Assembly (NCBI RefSeq): GCF_054482525.1
Contig: NZ_CM137006.1
Length of the DNA: 64,000 nucleotides
Strand: one strand, 5' to 3'
Positions 12,148 to 25,377 of the stretch are shown piece by piece. How positions within the stretch are numbered: the stretch's first letter is position 1; the number at the start of each line of letters is the position of its first letter. The notes under the pieces are model-generated. The model did no database searches. It saw only the letters and a program-made list of their open reading frames with translations, and was not told the origin of the DNA. The translations under genes and the position numbers were made by a program.

Positions 12148-13449
12148 ATGGCGCAATTCTACTCTGCAAAACGACGCACGACGACGCGTCAGATCATAAC
12201 TGTTTCAGTCAACGACCTCGACTCTTTTGGTCAGGGCGTGGCACGACATAACGGCAAAGCGTTATTTATTCCTGGATTACTGCCACAGGAAAACGCGGAA
12301 GTTACTGTTACTGAAGATAAAAAACAGTACGCCCGCGCTAAAGTCGTGCGCCGGTTAAGCGATAGCCCGGAACGCGAAACGCCACGCTGCCCTCATTTTG
12401 GCGTATGCGGTGGCTGTCAGCAACAACACGCCAGCGTGGATTTACAGCAGCGAAGCAAAAGTGCGGCACTCGCCCGATTAATGAAACACGAAGTCTCTGA
12501 AGTGATCGCCGATGTTCCCTGGGGCTATCGCCGTCGCGCGCGTTTAAGTCTGAACTACTTACCGAAAACACAGCAACTTCAGATGGGGTTTCGCAAAGCG
12601 GGCTCCAGTGACATTGTCGACGTTAAACAATGCCCCATTTTAGTGCCCCAACTTGAAGCATTGCTGCCCAAAGTCAGGGCATGCCTGGGCAGCTTACAAG
12701 CTATGCGCCATCTTGGTCATGTTGAACTGGTACAGGCAACCAGCGGCACGCTGATGATTTTGCGCCATACCGCACCGCTAAGTTCGGCAGATCGCGAAAA
12801 ACTGGAACGCTTTTCGCATTCTGAAGGCCTGGATCTGTATCTCGCCCCCGATAGTGAGATACTCGAAACCGTCTCTGGTGAGATGCCCTGGTATGACTCA
12901 AACGGGTTGCGCTTAACTTTTAGCCCGCGCGATTTTATTCAGGTCAATGCGGGTGTGAACCAAAAAATGGTAGCGCGTGCGTTGGAATGGCTGGATGTAC
13001 AACCTGAAGATCGCGTACTGGATCTGTTCTGCGGTATGGGCAACTTTACACTGCCATTGGCGACACAAGCTGCCAGTGTGGTGGGTGTAGAAGGCGTTCC
13101 GGCGCTGGTGGAAAAAGGCCAGCAGAATGCGCGTCTTAATGGCTTACACAATGTGACGTTTTATCACGAAAATCTTGAAGAAGATGTCACAAAGCAGCCG
13201 TGGGCGAAAAACGGCTTCGATAAAGTGTTGCTGGACCCGGCGCGAGCAGGTGCCGCAGGTGTTATGCAGCAAATTATAAAACTGGAACCTATTCGTATAG
13301 TTTATGTATCCTGTAACCCTGCAACGCTGGCTCGGGATAGCGAAGCGTTATTAAAAGCAGGATATACCATTGCGCGACTGGCGATGCTGGATATGTTCCC
13401 ACACACGGGACATCTGGAATCGATGGTACTTTTCTCGCGCGTTAAATAG
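12148..13449 (+). CDS. rlmD: 23S rRNA (uracil1939-C5)-methyltransferase RlmD (RumA)
   Basis: 433-aa ORF with TRAM domain, Fe-S cysteine cluster [11 protein letters not shown] and SAM methyltransferase fold. Confidence 0.93.
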   Translation: MAQFYSAKRRTTTRQIITVSVNDLDSFGQGVARHNGKALFIPGLLPQENAEVTVTEDKKQYARAKVVRRLSDSPERETPRCPHFGVCGGCQQQHASVDLQQRSKSAALARLMKHEVSEVIADVPWGYRRRARLSLNYLPKTQQLQMGFRKAGSSDIVDVKQCPILVPQLEALLPKVRACLGSLQAMRHLGHVELVQATSGTLMILRHTAPLSSADREKLERFSHSEGLDLYLAPDSEILETVSGEMPWYDSNGLRLTFSPRDFIQVNAGVNQKMVARALEWLDVQPEDRVLDLFCGMGNFTLPLATQAASVVGVEGVPALVEKGQQNARLNGLHNVTFYHENLEEDVTKQPWAKNGFDKVLLDPARAGAAGVMQQIIKLEPIRIVYVSCNPATLARDSEALLKAGYTIARLAMLDMFPHTGHLESMVLFSRVK

Positions 13450-13496
13450 TTACGATTTGCCGATTTCGGCAGGTCTGGTCCCTAAAGGAGAGGACG

Positions 13497-15731
13497 ATGG
13501 TTGCGGTAAGAAGTGCACATATCAATAAGGCTGGTGAATTTGATCCGGAAAAATGGATCGCAAGTCTGGGTATTACCAGCCAGAAGTCGTGTGAGTGCTT
13601 AGCCGAAACCTGGGCGTATTGTCTGCAACAGACGCAGGGGCATCCGGATGCCAGTCTGTTATTGTGGCGTGGTGTTGAGATGGTGGAGATCCTCTCGACA
13701 TTAAGTATGGACATTGACACGCTGCGGGCGGCGCTGTTGTTCCCTCTGGCCGATGCCAACGTAGTCAGCGAAGATGTGCTGCGTGAGAGCGTCGGTAAGT
13801 CGGTCGTTAACCTTATTCACGGCGTGCGTGATATGGCGGCGATCCGCCAGCTGAAAGCGACGCATACCGATTCTGTTTCCTCCGAACAGGTCGATAACGT
13901 TCGCCGGATGTTATTGGCGATGGTCGATGATTTTCGCTGCGTGGTCATCAAACTGGCAGAGCGTATTGCTCATCTGCGCGAAGTAAAAGATGCGCCGGAA
14001 GATGAACGTGTACTGGCGGCAAAAGAGTGCACCAATATCTACGCGCCGTTGGCGAACCGTCTTGGGATTGGGCAACTGAAATGGGAGCTGGAAGATTACT
14101 GCTTCCGTTATCTCCACCCGACCGAATACAAACGCATCGCAAAACTGCTGCATGAACGCCGTCTCGACCGCGAACACTATATCGAAGAGTTTGTCGGCCA
14201 TCTGCGCGCTGAGATGAAAGCTGAAGGCGTTAAAGCTGAAGTGTATGGTCGACCGAAACACATCTACAGCATCTGGCGCAAAATGCAGAAAAAGAACCTC
14301 GCCTTCGATGAGCTGTTTGATGTGCGTGCGGTACGTATTGTCGCCGAGCGTTTACAGGATTGTTATGCCGCACTGGGGATAGTGCACACTCACTATCGCC
14401 ACCTGCCGGATGAGTTTGACGATTACGTCGCTAACCCGAAACCAAACGGTTATCAGTCTATTCATACCGTGGTTCTGGGACCGGGTGGAAAAACCGTTGA
14501 GATCCAAATCCGCACTAAACAGATGCATGAAGATGCAGAGTTGGGTGTTGCTGCGCACTGGAAATATAAAGAGGGCGCGGCAGCTGGCGGCGCACGTTCG
14601 GGACATGAAGACCGGATTGCCTGGCTGCGTAAACTGATTGCGTGGCAGGAAGAGATGGCTGATTCCGGCGAAATGCTCGACGAAGTACGTAGCCAGGTCT
14701 TTGACGACCGGGTGTACGTCTTTACGCCGAAAGGTGATGTCGTTGATTTGCCTGCGGGATCAACACCGCTGGACTTCGCTTACCACATCCACAGTGATGT
14801 CGGACACCGCTGCATCGGGGCAAAAATTGGCGGGCGCATTGTGCCGTTCACCTACCAGCTGCAGATGGGCGACCAGATTGAAATTATCACCCAGAAACAG
14901 CCGAACCCCAGCCGTGACTGGTTAAACCCAAACCTCGGTTACGTCACAACCAGCCGTGGGCGTTCGAAAATTCACGCCTGGTTCCGTAAACAGGACCGTG
15001 ACAAAAACGTTCTGGCTGGGCGGCAAATCCTTGACGACGAGCTGGAACATCTGGGGATCAGCCTGAAAGAAGCAGAAAAACATCTGCTGCCGCGTTACAA
15101 CTTCAATGATGTCGACGAGTTGCTGGCGGCGATTGGTGGCGGGGATATCCGTCTCAATCAGATGGTGAACTTCCTGCAATCGCAATTTAATAAGCCGAGT
15201 GCCGAAGAGCAGGACGCCGCCGCGCTGAAGCAACTTCAGCAAAAAAGCTACACGCCGCAAAACCGCAGTAAAGATAACGGTCGAGTGGTAGTAGAAGGTG
15301 TCGGTAACCTGATGCACCACATCGCGCGCTGCTGCCAGCCGATCCCTGGAGATGAGATTGTCGGCTTCATTACCCAGGGACGCGGTATTTCAGTACACCG
15401 CGCCGATTGCGAACAACTGGCGGAACTGCGCTCCCATGCGCCAGAACGTATTGTTGATGCGGTATGGGGCGAGAGCTACTCCGCCGGATATTCGCTGGTG
15501 GTCCGCGTGGTGGCTAATGATCGTAGTGGGTTGTTACGTGATATCACGACCATTCTCGCCAATGAGCAAGTGAACGTGCTTGGCGTTGCCAGCCGTAGCG
15601 ATACCAAACAGCAACTGGCGACCATCGACATGACCATTGAGATTTACAACCTGCAAGTGCTGGGCCGCGTGCTGGGTAAACTCAACCAGGTGCCGGATGT
15701 TATCGACGCGCGTCGGTTGCACGGGAGTTAG
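13497..15731 (+). CDS. relA: GTP pyrophosphokinase / (p)ppGpp synthetase I RelA
   Basis: 744-aa ORF MVAVRSAHINKAGEFDPEKWIASLGITSQKSCECLAETWAYCLQQTQG... Confidence 0.95.
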   Translation: MVAVRSAHINKAGEFDPEKWIASLGITSQKSCECLAETWAYCLQQTQGHPDASLLLWRGVEMVEILSTLSMDIDTLRAALLFPLADANVVSEDVLRESVGKSVVNLIHGVRDMAAIRQLKATHTDSVSSEQVDNVRRMLLAMVDDFRCVVIKLAERIAHLREVKDAPEDERVLAAKECTNIYAPLANRLGIGQLKWELEDYCFRYLHPTEYKRIAKLLHERRLDREHYIEEFVGHLRAEMKAEGVKAEVYGRPKHIYSIWRKMQKKNLAFDELFDVRAVRIVAERLQDCYAALGIVHTHYRHLPDEFDDYVANPKPNGYQSIHTVVLGPGGKTVEIQIRTKQMHEDAELGVAAHWKYKEGAAAGGARSGHEDRIAWLRKLIAWQEEMADSGEMLDEVRSQVFDDRVYVFTPKGDVVDLPAGSTPLDFAYHIHSDVGHRCIGAKIGGRIVPFTYQLQMGDQIEIITQKQPNPSRDWLNPNLGYVTTSRGRSKIHAWFRKQDRDKNVLAGRQILDDELEHLGISLKEAEKHLLPRYNFNDVDELLAAIGGGDIRLNQMVNFLQSQFNKPSAEEQDAAALKQLQQKSYTPQNRSKDNGRVVVEGVGNLMHHIARCCQPIPGDEIVGFITQGRGISVHRADCEQLAELRSHAPERIVDAVWGESYSAGYSLVVRVVANDRSGLLRDITTILANEQVNVLGVASRSDTKQQLATIDMTIEIYNLQVLGRVLGKLNQVPDVIDARRLHGS

Positions 15732-15826
15732 TCTTACATAGCTGGATATGGCGTCAGCCGTATCCAGCGATATCTTTTACTCGAAGGTATTACACCTGAC
15801 AGACCCGCAATTTTCAGGACAATTCA

Positions 15827-16618
15827 ATGAATCAAATCGACCGTTTGCTCACTATTATGCAGCGCCTGCGCGATCCGGAAAACGGCTGCCCGTGGGATAA
15901 AGAGCAGACATTTGCCACCATTGCGCCTTACACCCTTGAAGAAACCTACGAAGTGCTGGACGCCATTGCCCGTGAAGATTTTGACGATCTGCGCGGTGAA
16001 CTCGGCGATCTGCTGTTCCAGGTGGTGTTTTACGCACAAATGGCCCAGGAAGAAGGGCGCTTTGACTTTAATGATATTTGCGCCGCGATCAGCGATAAAT
16101 TAGAACGTCGCCATCCGCATGTTTTTGCTGACAGTTCTGCCGAAAACAGTAGTGAAGTGCTTGCCCGTTGGGAGCAAATCAAAACCGAAGAGCGCGCGCA
16201 GAAAGCGCAGCATTCGGTGCTGGACGATATTCCTCGTAGTTTACCGGCTTTAATGCGTGCGCAAAAAATCCAGAAACGTTGCGCCAACGTTGGTTTTGAC
16301 TGGACGACGCTTGGCCCGGTAGTCGATAAAGTCTACGAAGAGATCGATGAGGTGATGTACGAAGCGCGGCAGGCTGTTGTCGACCAGGCTAAACTGGAGG
16401 AGGAAATGGGTGACCTGCTGTTTGCCACAGTCAATCTGGCTCGTCATTTAGGGACAAAAGCGGAAATCGCATTGCAAAAAGCGAACGAAAAATTCGAGCG
16501 TCGTTTTCGCGAAGTGGAGCGTATTGTTGCCGCGCGTGGACTGGAAATGACAGGTGTTGACCCCGAAACAATGGAAGAAGTCTGGCAACAGGTAAAACGG
16601 CAGGAAATTGATCTCTAA
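15827..16618 (+). CDS. mazG: Nucleoside triphosphate pyrophosphohydrolase MazG
   Basis: 263-aa ORF MNQIDRLLTIMQRLRDPENGCPWDKEQTFATIAPYTLEETYEV...; begins only 95 bp after the relA stop. Confidence 0.93.
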   Translation: MNQIDRLLTIMQRLRDPENGCPWDKEQTFATIAPYTLEETYEVLDAIAREDFDDLRGELGDLLFQVVFYAQMAQEEGRFDFNDICAAISDKLERRHPHVFADSSAENSSEVLARWEQIKTEERAQKAQHSVLDDIPRSLPALMRAQKIQKRCANVGFDWTTLGPVVDKVYEEIDEVMYEARQAVVDQAKLEEEMGDLLFATVNLARHLGTKAEIALQKANEKFERRFREVERIVAARGLEMTGVDPETMEEVWQQVKRQEIDL

Positions 16619-16830
16619 GGGAATTACGCGGTCAAGCGCCATTTGTGTCATTTTTTAAATGACAAGCGCTTGATTTGCGTCAAAAACATTTACCCCAAAG
16701 GGGCTATTTTCTCACTCCTGATTTCAATAGTGCGCTGGCGAAGAGGAGGGATAATGAAAGTTTGTGGCACAGGTCATGTTCGGGTATACTGCTTTCCCGT
16801 CCTGGTTATTCCATCGTCTTTTCAACCTAA

Positions 16831-18483
<1,653 letters not shown>

Positions 18484-18554
18484 GAAAAAAGTTAGAACGG
18501 CAACGCGTACCCTGGGTACGCGTTGTTTGTCTGGAGTTTCAGTTTAACTAGTGA

Positions 18555-19868
<1,314 letters not shown>

Positions 19869-19887
19869 GTCTGACTTTATCTGATTT

Positions 19888-19919
19888 AAAAATGCCAGCC
19901 TTCGGGCTGGCATTTTTTA
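19888..19919. terminator. Rho-independent terminator shared by convergent eno and ygcG
   Basis: aaaaatgccagccttcgggctggcattttttat: GC stem with A-run on one side and T-run on the other. Confidence 0.75.
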
Positions 19920-19927
19920 TGGTTGAG

Positions 19928-20800
19928 TTACCAGCGACCGGACGCGCCGCCACCGCCAGAAGAACCGCCACCACCGCTAAATCCGCCGCCACTTGAGCCG
20001 CCACCGGAACCGCTGTTGTCTGAATGATAACTTCTACCAGATGCTTTTTTCTGAAGTACACATAAACAGGTAAAGACCATAATGGTGGTGAAAGTAAAAA
20101 AGAAGAAAAATACAGCAATGGAAAAAGTTTTATCGGAGAACAGGAATAAATCTAAAAGATAGATTGCTGAAATACAGACACTGCTTTTACATGCGCGACA
20201 AAAATTACTGCCTTGATGAAAAAACCAGAAAGGGAAGAACATCACTGCAAATACCCAAAAAATAGCAAAGTAGTAATGATCGCTGGAAGACGCTGATTCA
20301 CTTTCTGAAGGATTAGCCGAATATTGGTGTTGTGAAGTGAGTTGGTTATTCAAAGCGATTATAGCTAACTCTAATCCCTTAGCTAATTTTTGTTGTTTAA
20401 ATGCGGGTATCATGTTGCTACGGATGATATCTCCAGCCAGAGCATCGGTTACCTTTTCTTCCAGCCCATAACCTACCTGGATGCGGACAGTGCGATCCGA
20501 CCAGGCAACAATGATCAGTATCCCATCATTGCGTTTGGCATCTCCTAAACGCCAATTGTTAAAAACCCTTGTAGCATATTGTTCAATTGTCTCGTCTTTG
20601 GTTGTGGGAATAATTAATACAGCAATTTGTACTTGGGTATTATTGAAAATAGATTCTAACTTGTACGTCAGTTCTTTCTTTTCTTGTGAGTTTAAGCTAC
20701 TCGTAAGATCCGTAACTTGTTGCTGTAATTGTGGGACAATAGTTGGTTGGGCTGCAACAAAGGAACACACGAATGTGAATATTAGTATGAAATAGCGCAT
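19928..20800 (-). CDS. ygcG: TPM-domain membrane protein YgcG with C-terminal Gly/Ser-rich tail
   Basis: [29 protein letters not shown]... ending ...[27 protein letters not shown]; start taken at the MRYF codon (290 aa) although the track ORF extends to 20845. Confidence 0.8.
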   Translation of the reverse strand: MRYFILIFTFVCSFVAAQPTIVPQLQQQVTDLTSSLNSQEKKELTYKLESIFNNTQVQIAVLIIPTTKDETIEQYATRVFNNWRLGDAKRNDGILIIVAWSDRTVRIQVGYGLEEKVTDALAGDIIRSNMIPAFKQQKLAKGLELAIIALNNQLTSQHQYSANPSESESASSSDHYYFAIFWVFAVMFFPFWFFHQGSNFCRACKSSVCISAIYLLDLFLFSDKTFSIAVFFFFFTFTTIMVFTCLCVLQKKASGRSYHSDNSGSGGGSSGGGFSGGGGSSGGGGASGRW

Positions 20801-21093
20801 TATAAATGTCTCATTAAATCTGGATAAATAAATTGACGGCGGCATCGGTAATTTGAGATTCGTTATAATTAAAAACGAACACAGAAAAAATAAGTATAAT
20901 TTTGGTGAATGTTTTTGACATGATTAAATCCCTTTACTTTATTTATTTCTGACATAATACGTTACCCCCTTTTATTATTAACGATCTGTTTCTCATTTTT
21001 CTTTAAACCTGCCTGTAACAGAATGTTAATAAGACATGATTGTTGTGGCAGGATCTGCAATAATTAACAATTATCCACTTCACAGAGAATGCT

Positions 21094-21765
21094 ATGCAGT
21101 ACCCGATTAACGAGATGTTCCAGACCCTGCAAGGTGAGGGTTACTTTACCGGCGTCCCCGCCATTTTTATTCGTTTACAGGGATGCCCGGTTGGCTGTGC
21201 CTGGTGCGACACCAAACACACCTGGGAAAAGCTTGAGGATCGGGAAGTTTCCCTTTTCAGCATTCTGGGTAAAACGAAAGAGAGTGATAAGTGGGGAGCA
21301 GCAAGCAGTGAAGACTTACTCGCAGTCATCGGTCGTCAGGGATACACCGCGCGTCACGTGGTGATTACGGGTGGTGAACCTTGTATTCATGATTTGCTGC
21401 CACTGACTGACCTGCTCGAAAAGAACGGTTTCAGTTGTCAGATAGAAACCAGCGGTACTCATGAAGTGCGTTGTACGCCGAATACCTGGGTCACCGTGTC
21501 GCCAAAGCTAAATATGCGTGGTGGTTATGAAGTATTGTCGCAAGCCCTGGAGCGAGCTAACGAAATTAAACACCCAGTTGGACGTGTACGTGATATCGAA
21601 GCACTGGATGAATTGCTTGCGACGCTGACCGATGATAAACCGCGAGTCATTGCACTGCAGCCGATTAGCCAAAAGGATGATGCCACACGTTTGTGCATTG
21701 AAACTTGCATTGCGCGTAACTGGCGTTTGTCGATGCAAACACATAAATATTTAAATATTGCCTGA
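21094..21765 (+). CDS. queE: 7-carboxy-7-deazaguanine synthase QueE (radical SAM)
   Basis: 223-aa ORF MQYPINEMFQTLQGEGYFTGVPAIFIRLQGCPVGCAWCDTKHTW... with the CxxxCxxC radical-SAM-like cluster. Confidence 0.93.
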   Translation: MQYPINEMFQTLQGEGYFTGVPAIFIRLQGCPVGCAWCDTKHTWEKLEDREVSLFSILGKTKESDKWGAASSEDLLAVIGRQGYTARHVVITGGEPCIHDLLPLTDLLEKNGFSCQIETSGTHEVRCTPNTWVTVSPKLNMRGGYEVLSQALERANEIKHPVGRVRDIEALDELLATLTDDKPRVIALQPISQKDDATRLCIETCIARNWRLSMQTHKYLNIA

Positions 21766-22019
21766 TTACACATTTATATGCGTTATAAATGGGTGGAACC
21801 TGTAAAGACTTCCACTCATTTATATTTTTTGTCGCCTCTGAAAACTCATCCATTTTGCCCATTCCGGACTAATCATTGTCATTCTCTACAAATTCTGTGG
21901 CGTTAATTTTTCTCTGGGGTGAAAATTATTGCGGTAAAGTTTGGTAGATTTTAGTCGGTATAGGATTACTTTAAATATTTAGCTTTTCAATCAATGAATT
22001 AAGTGCTCTTTAACATAAT

Positions 22020-22104
22020 GGATGTGTTGTTTGTGTGATACTGTAAAGTTGGTAGATTGTGACTGGCTTAAAAAATCATTAATTAATAATAGGTTATGTT
22101 TAGA
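22020..22104 (+). promoter_or_regulatory. AT-rich CRISPR leader immediately upstream of the first repeat
   Basis: ...ctggcttaaaaaatcattaattaataataggttatgtttaga directly abuts repeat 1; matches my recollection of the type I-E leader at the ygcE-queE CRISPR of E. coli. Confidence 0.7.
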
Positions 22105-22255
22105 GAGTTCCCCGCGCGAGCGGGGATAAACCGAAAACCACGACCTGGCGATCGGCGTGCTGGATGAGTTTCCCGCGCGAGCGGGGATAAACCGGATAGG
22201 TGTTACACATATGACCAGGCACTGGCGAGTTCCCCGCGTCAGCGGGGATAACCAT
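22105..22255 (+). CRISPR. Short type I-E CRISPR array: 3 repeats (third degenerate), 2 spacers of 32 bp
   Basis: 29-bp repeats gagttccccgcgcgagcggggataaaccg (22105-22133), gagtttcccgcgcgagcggggataaaccg (22166-22194), degenerate gagttccccgcgtcagcggggataaccat (22227-22255); spacers aaaaccacgacctggcgatcggcgtgctggat and gataggtgttacacatatgaccaggcactggc; no cas genes in the window. Confidence 0.85.
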
Positions 22256-22300
22256 TCAGGTATGTTCAGGCCGGGCAGTTTCCCGCCCGGCCTTCCTCAC

Positions 22301-23779
22301 TTACGCATTCGACCAGCTCTGGATCGAATCTTCATTCCCCAGCTCACCATGCATCACTTCATACGATTTTTTCAGGATCACATCAGTGTGCTTGGTTAGG
22401 TCTTTGAAAATGCCTTTATTCATCGCGTCGTAGCGTTTGGCATTGCTCTCAACAGGCATAAAGATATCTTTCACGCGAACCATTTTGTCGACAGCCGTTG
22501 CGTAATCCGGGTATAGCCCCAGACCTACCGCCGTATTAATCGCTGCCCCCAGACTTGCACAACCATTAATGGCGTTACGGCGTGCCGGAAGGTTGAACAC
22601 GTCGGCAAAAATCTGCATAAACAGATCGCTGTTCGAACCGCCGCCAGTAATGATCACATGCTTTGCAAAGTGATTCATTTCATTACACATATTGTCGTAA
22701 TTGTTCTTCAGCGTCAGCGCCACGCTTTCCAGTATCGAACGATATATCCATGCGTAATCCATGCTGGAATCAAAGCCGATCATAATCCCGCGTTTGTACG
22801 GTTCCCACGGATTGGTCAGCCAGTCCAGCACCGTCATCAGCCCATTACAGCCAGGTGGCACACTAGAGGCTTTCTTGTTGAGTAAATCTTCCGGTGAAAG
22901 ATCCTGCGCCCTGGCATCCTGAATTAACGACTCGCCTAACATGTCGCGTAGCCAGCTCACCGTCCACATGCCTTTGCGAATACCGTAACCTTCATACAGC
23001 AAGGTTTGCGGAATAGAAGACATAATCGGCCAGTACGCTACCGGATCTTTCGGCAGTGCTTTACCGTTCATCATCAGCGCGATGTAGGTGCCAAGAGAAA
23101 TCACCGCCGTTTCATCATCCAGTAATCCGGCTCCCAGAGCTTCTACCGGTTTATCACTGGTGGTACAAACAACCGGCAGCCCTGCTGGGAAATGTGTCGC
23201 CAGCGCGGCTTGAGGAGTGATATGCCCAAGAACAGTGCCCGGCATTTGCACATCAAACAGCATATGACGGGGGATATTAAACTTCTCCATGACTGCGGCA
23301 TCTTCACTCCATGCCCAGGTCTTATAATCCACCGGCCACTGACCAAAATAGTTGGCGATATTATCTTTAAACTCGCCGGTTAAGCGATGCGTCAGATAAC
23401 CTGAAAAAGAGGTGACATAGGCCACGTCAGGATTCGTATGTTCGTAAGGGCGTGTAACGCGTGCATCCTGCCAGCTGATCAACGGTGCAGCTGGCGTGCC
23501 ATCGGCTTTCAATAACGCACGGCAGCAACGGATGGATCCCAGACCAATACCGACAATATCGTCTTTATTCCCGGCAAACTGACTCATCAAATCGTGACCG
23601 GCAAAACATAATGATGCCCATAAATCGTCGTCAGGATGTTCTGCAGTATCGGCATCTGGCGTGTGCATCGGCTGTAATAAGCCTTTGCCTTCGCAAACCA
23701 CGTTACCTTCCAGATCGTACATCACCACTTTTGTGCTCTGACTTCCGCCATCAATCCCTATGATGTATTTTTTCGACAT
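22301..23779 (-). CDS. ygcE: FGGY-family carbohydrate kinase YgcE
   Basis: 492-aa ORF MSKKYIIGIDGGSQSTKVVMYDLEGNVVCEGKG..., FGGY kinase N-terminal signature. Confidence 0.88.
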   Translation of the reverse strand: MSKKYIIGIDGGSQSTKVVMYDLEGNVVCEGKGLLQPMHTPDADTAEHPDDDLWASLCFAGHDLMSQFAGNKDDIVGIGLGSIRCCRALLKADGTPAAPLISWQDARVTRPYEHTNPDVAYVTSFSGYLTHRLTGEFKDNIANYFGQWPVDYKTWAWSEDAAVMEKFNIPRHMLFDVQMPGTVLGHITPQAALATHFPAGLPVVCTTSDKPVEALGAGLLDDETAVISLGTYIALMMNGKALPKDPVAYWPIMSSIPQTLLYEGYGIRKGMWTVSWLRDMLGESLIQDARAQDLSPEDLLNKKASSVPPGCNGLMTVLDWLTNPWEPYKRGIMIGFDSSMDYAWIYRSILESVALTLKNNYDNMCNEMNHFAKHVIITGGGSNSDLFMQIFADVFNLPARRNAINGCASLGAAINTAVGLGLYPDYATAVDKMVRVKDIFMPVESNAKRYDAMNKGIFKDLTKHTDVILKKSYEVMHGELGNEDSIQSWSNA

Positions 23780-23805
23780 GATTTTTCTCCTGTAATTTTC
23801 TGGAC

Positions 23806-25083
23806 TTACTTGCTGCTAGCCATAGCAGGGGCGCTATCAGCAGTACGAATTTTTTGGAACAGCAAAAAGGTAAAGACGATCACCATGGCAAGCGCCGCCA
23901 TGCCCATCAGCCACATATTGCGGTAGGCTTCTGCTGCGGGCAGGGTGTCTTGCCAGTGGCCGATAATTGGGTAAACGAAGACATCCGGCAGGAATCCAAT
24001 CACCGAACAAATACCTACCGTGGTGCCCATAATGTAAGACGGTGTTCTCGCTTCGCCAGGGCAGGCCCAGTACAGCCCGCGTGAGGCGTAACAGGTGAAT
24101 CCCAGAAGTAAAATCAGACCAATCCCCATCGCGACCGATTGCGGGTTAGAGTTCGTGATGAGCAGGGCAGTTAACGCCAGCAGGCCGAGTACGGAAAGGA
24201 TTTGGATCACGCGGGTAGGGGATTTCACTTTGCTGTAAGTGGTGATAATGCCGCCAAGCGGACCGCACAGTGCGCGGAAGATTTTGTTGATCACAATCCC
24301 CATGTAGCTCGCCGCCACCAGCGACATACCGTACATTTCGGTCAGATAGTTGGTGGAGTAACTCAGAATGGCGTAGATGGTGAAGACACCAAAAATCACC
24401 ATGCTGCAATACCAGGTGGTGCTGATGCGCAAAACGGCCAGGATGTCGCTAAGCTGGAATGACTGTTTTTCTTCGTTATTGGTATTGCGTAGGTTGTTGT
24501 TATCGCTAACAAAAAACCAACACAAAATGCCCAGCAGAATGTAAACCACACTGTAGATGATAATGACCGTTTTCAGGCTGGCGCTGTCATCCGGTGCAAA
24601 GCGAGAAAAGACCCACATGGTAAACACCGCCAGCGACATTACACCGACGCCGCGCAGCCCTTCCATCCAGCCCATAATTTTCCCTTGCTCGCTATGATCG
24701 CCCAGCAACGATGCGGCTTTAATCGACACCGACCACAGCATTAAAATCGTCGTTATCGCAAAGGCGACCTGAATACAGAGCATTACCCACAGCGGTGGAT
24801 ATGTTGCCATTAACAGACCCAGTAATCCGGTAATGATCATCGCGGAAGTAATCATTTTGCGGTGTGAAAATTTATCGGCAATAACGCCGCTGGGGGCATA
24901 AAGAATAATAGCCGCAATACCAAAGGTACTCATTATTAAACCTATCTCGGTATTGCTGAATCCCATAAATTTTGCCATGGGAATTTGATAAATATAACGT
25001 AAATAAGCCAGGTCGAAACTAACGCCGCCGCTAAAACTAATTATCGCGAGGGTTATCCAACGGCGATATGAGTTGTGTTGCAT
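23806..25083 (-). CDS. yqcE: MFS-type transporter YqcE
   Basis: 425-aa polytopic membrane ORF MQHNSYRRWITLAIISFSGGVSFDLAYLRYIYQIPMAKFMGF... Confidence 0.85.
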   Translation of the reverse strand: MQHNSYRRWITLAIISFSGGVSFDLAYLRYIYQIPMAKFMGFSNTEIGLIMSTFGIAAIILYAPSGVIADKFSHRKMITSAMIITGLLGLLMATYPPLWVMLCIQVAFAITTILMLWSVSIKAASLLGDHSEQGKIMGWMEGLRGVGVMSLAVFTMWVFSRFAPDDSASLKTVIIIYSVVYILLGILCWFFVSDNNNLRNTNNEEKQSFQLSDILAVLRISTTWYCSMVIFGVFTIYAILSYSTNYLTEMYGMSLVAASYMGIVINKIFRALCGPLGGIITTYSKVKSPTRVIQILSVLGLLALTALLITNSNPQSVAMGIGLILLLGFTCYASRGLYWACPGEARTPSYIMGTTVGICSVIGFLPDVFVYPIIGHWQDTLPAAEAYRNMWLMGMAALAMVIVFTFLLFQKIRTADSAPAMASSK

Positions 25084-25261
25084 ATCGTATTCCCATTTGT
25101 AATAGACAAAAAAAAGAGAAAAGTAAGCCGCCCTTTCAGGTGGATTACTTTTCTCAGGTCTCTAGTAATTGCAATAAGAAATAACATGGAAAGCAGAGGT
25201 GTTGTGTGAGAGTAATCACGCTTCTGCTTTTTAAAATTATTTGACAATTCGAATATCACAC

Positions 25262-25277
25262 TGTGATTACGATCACA
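25262..25277. promoter_or_regulatory. CRP-type box TGTGA-N6-TCACA in the yqcE/ygcW divergent intergenic region
   Basis: tgtgattacgatcaca has both half-sites perfect; a TTGACA hexamer lies 7 bp upstream (25250-25255). Confidence 0.45.
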
Positions 25278-25330
25278 TTAGCGATTATGCCCTTATGATA
25301 AAAATTATCTCCAGTTACCAGAGATAATGA

Positions 25331-25377
25331 GAAAGGTAACTTCCCTCTCGCGGGGGAAGTTACCTTTCTTTTTTTTT
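25331..25377 (+). terminator. Perfect 15-bp stem hairpin followed by T9, 25 nt upstream of the ygcW start codon
   Basis: gaaaggtaacttccc-tctcgcgg-gggaagttacctttc followed by ttttttttt; classical intrinsic-terminator architecture on the + strand. Confidence 0.55.

Noticed and set aside
22256-22300. Possible fourth CRISPR repeat (cagtttcccgcccggcc)
   Set aside because: Only a partial resemblance to the repeat and wrong spacing (20 bp from repeat 3); the segment is better explained as the hairpin ggccgggc-N8-gcccggcc at the 3' end of ygcE.
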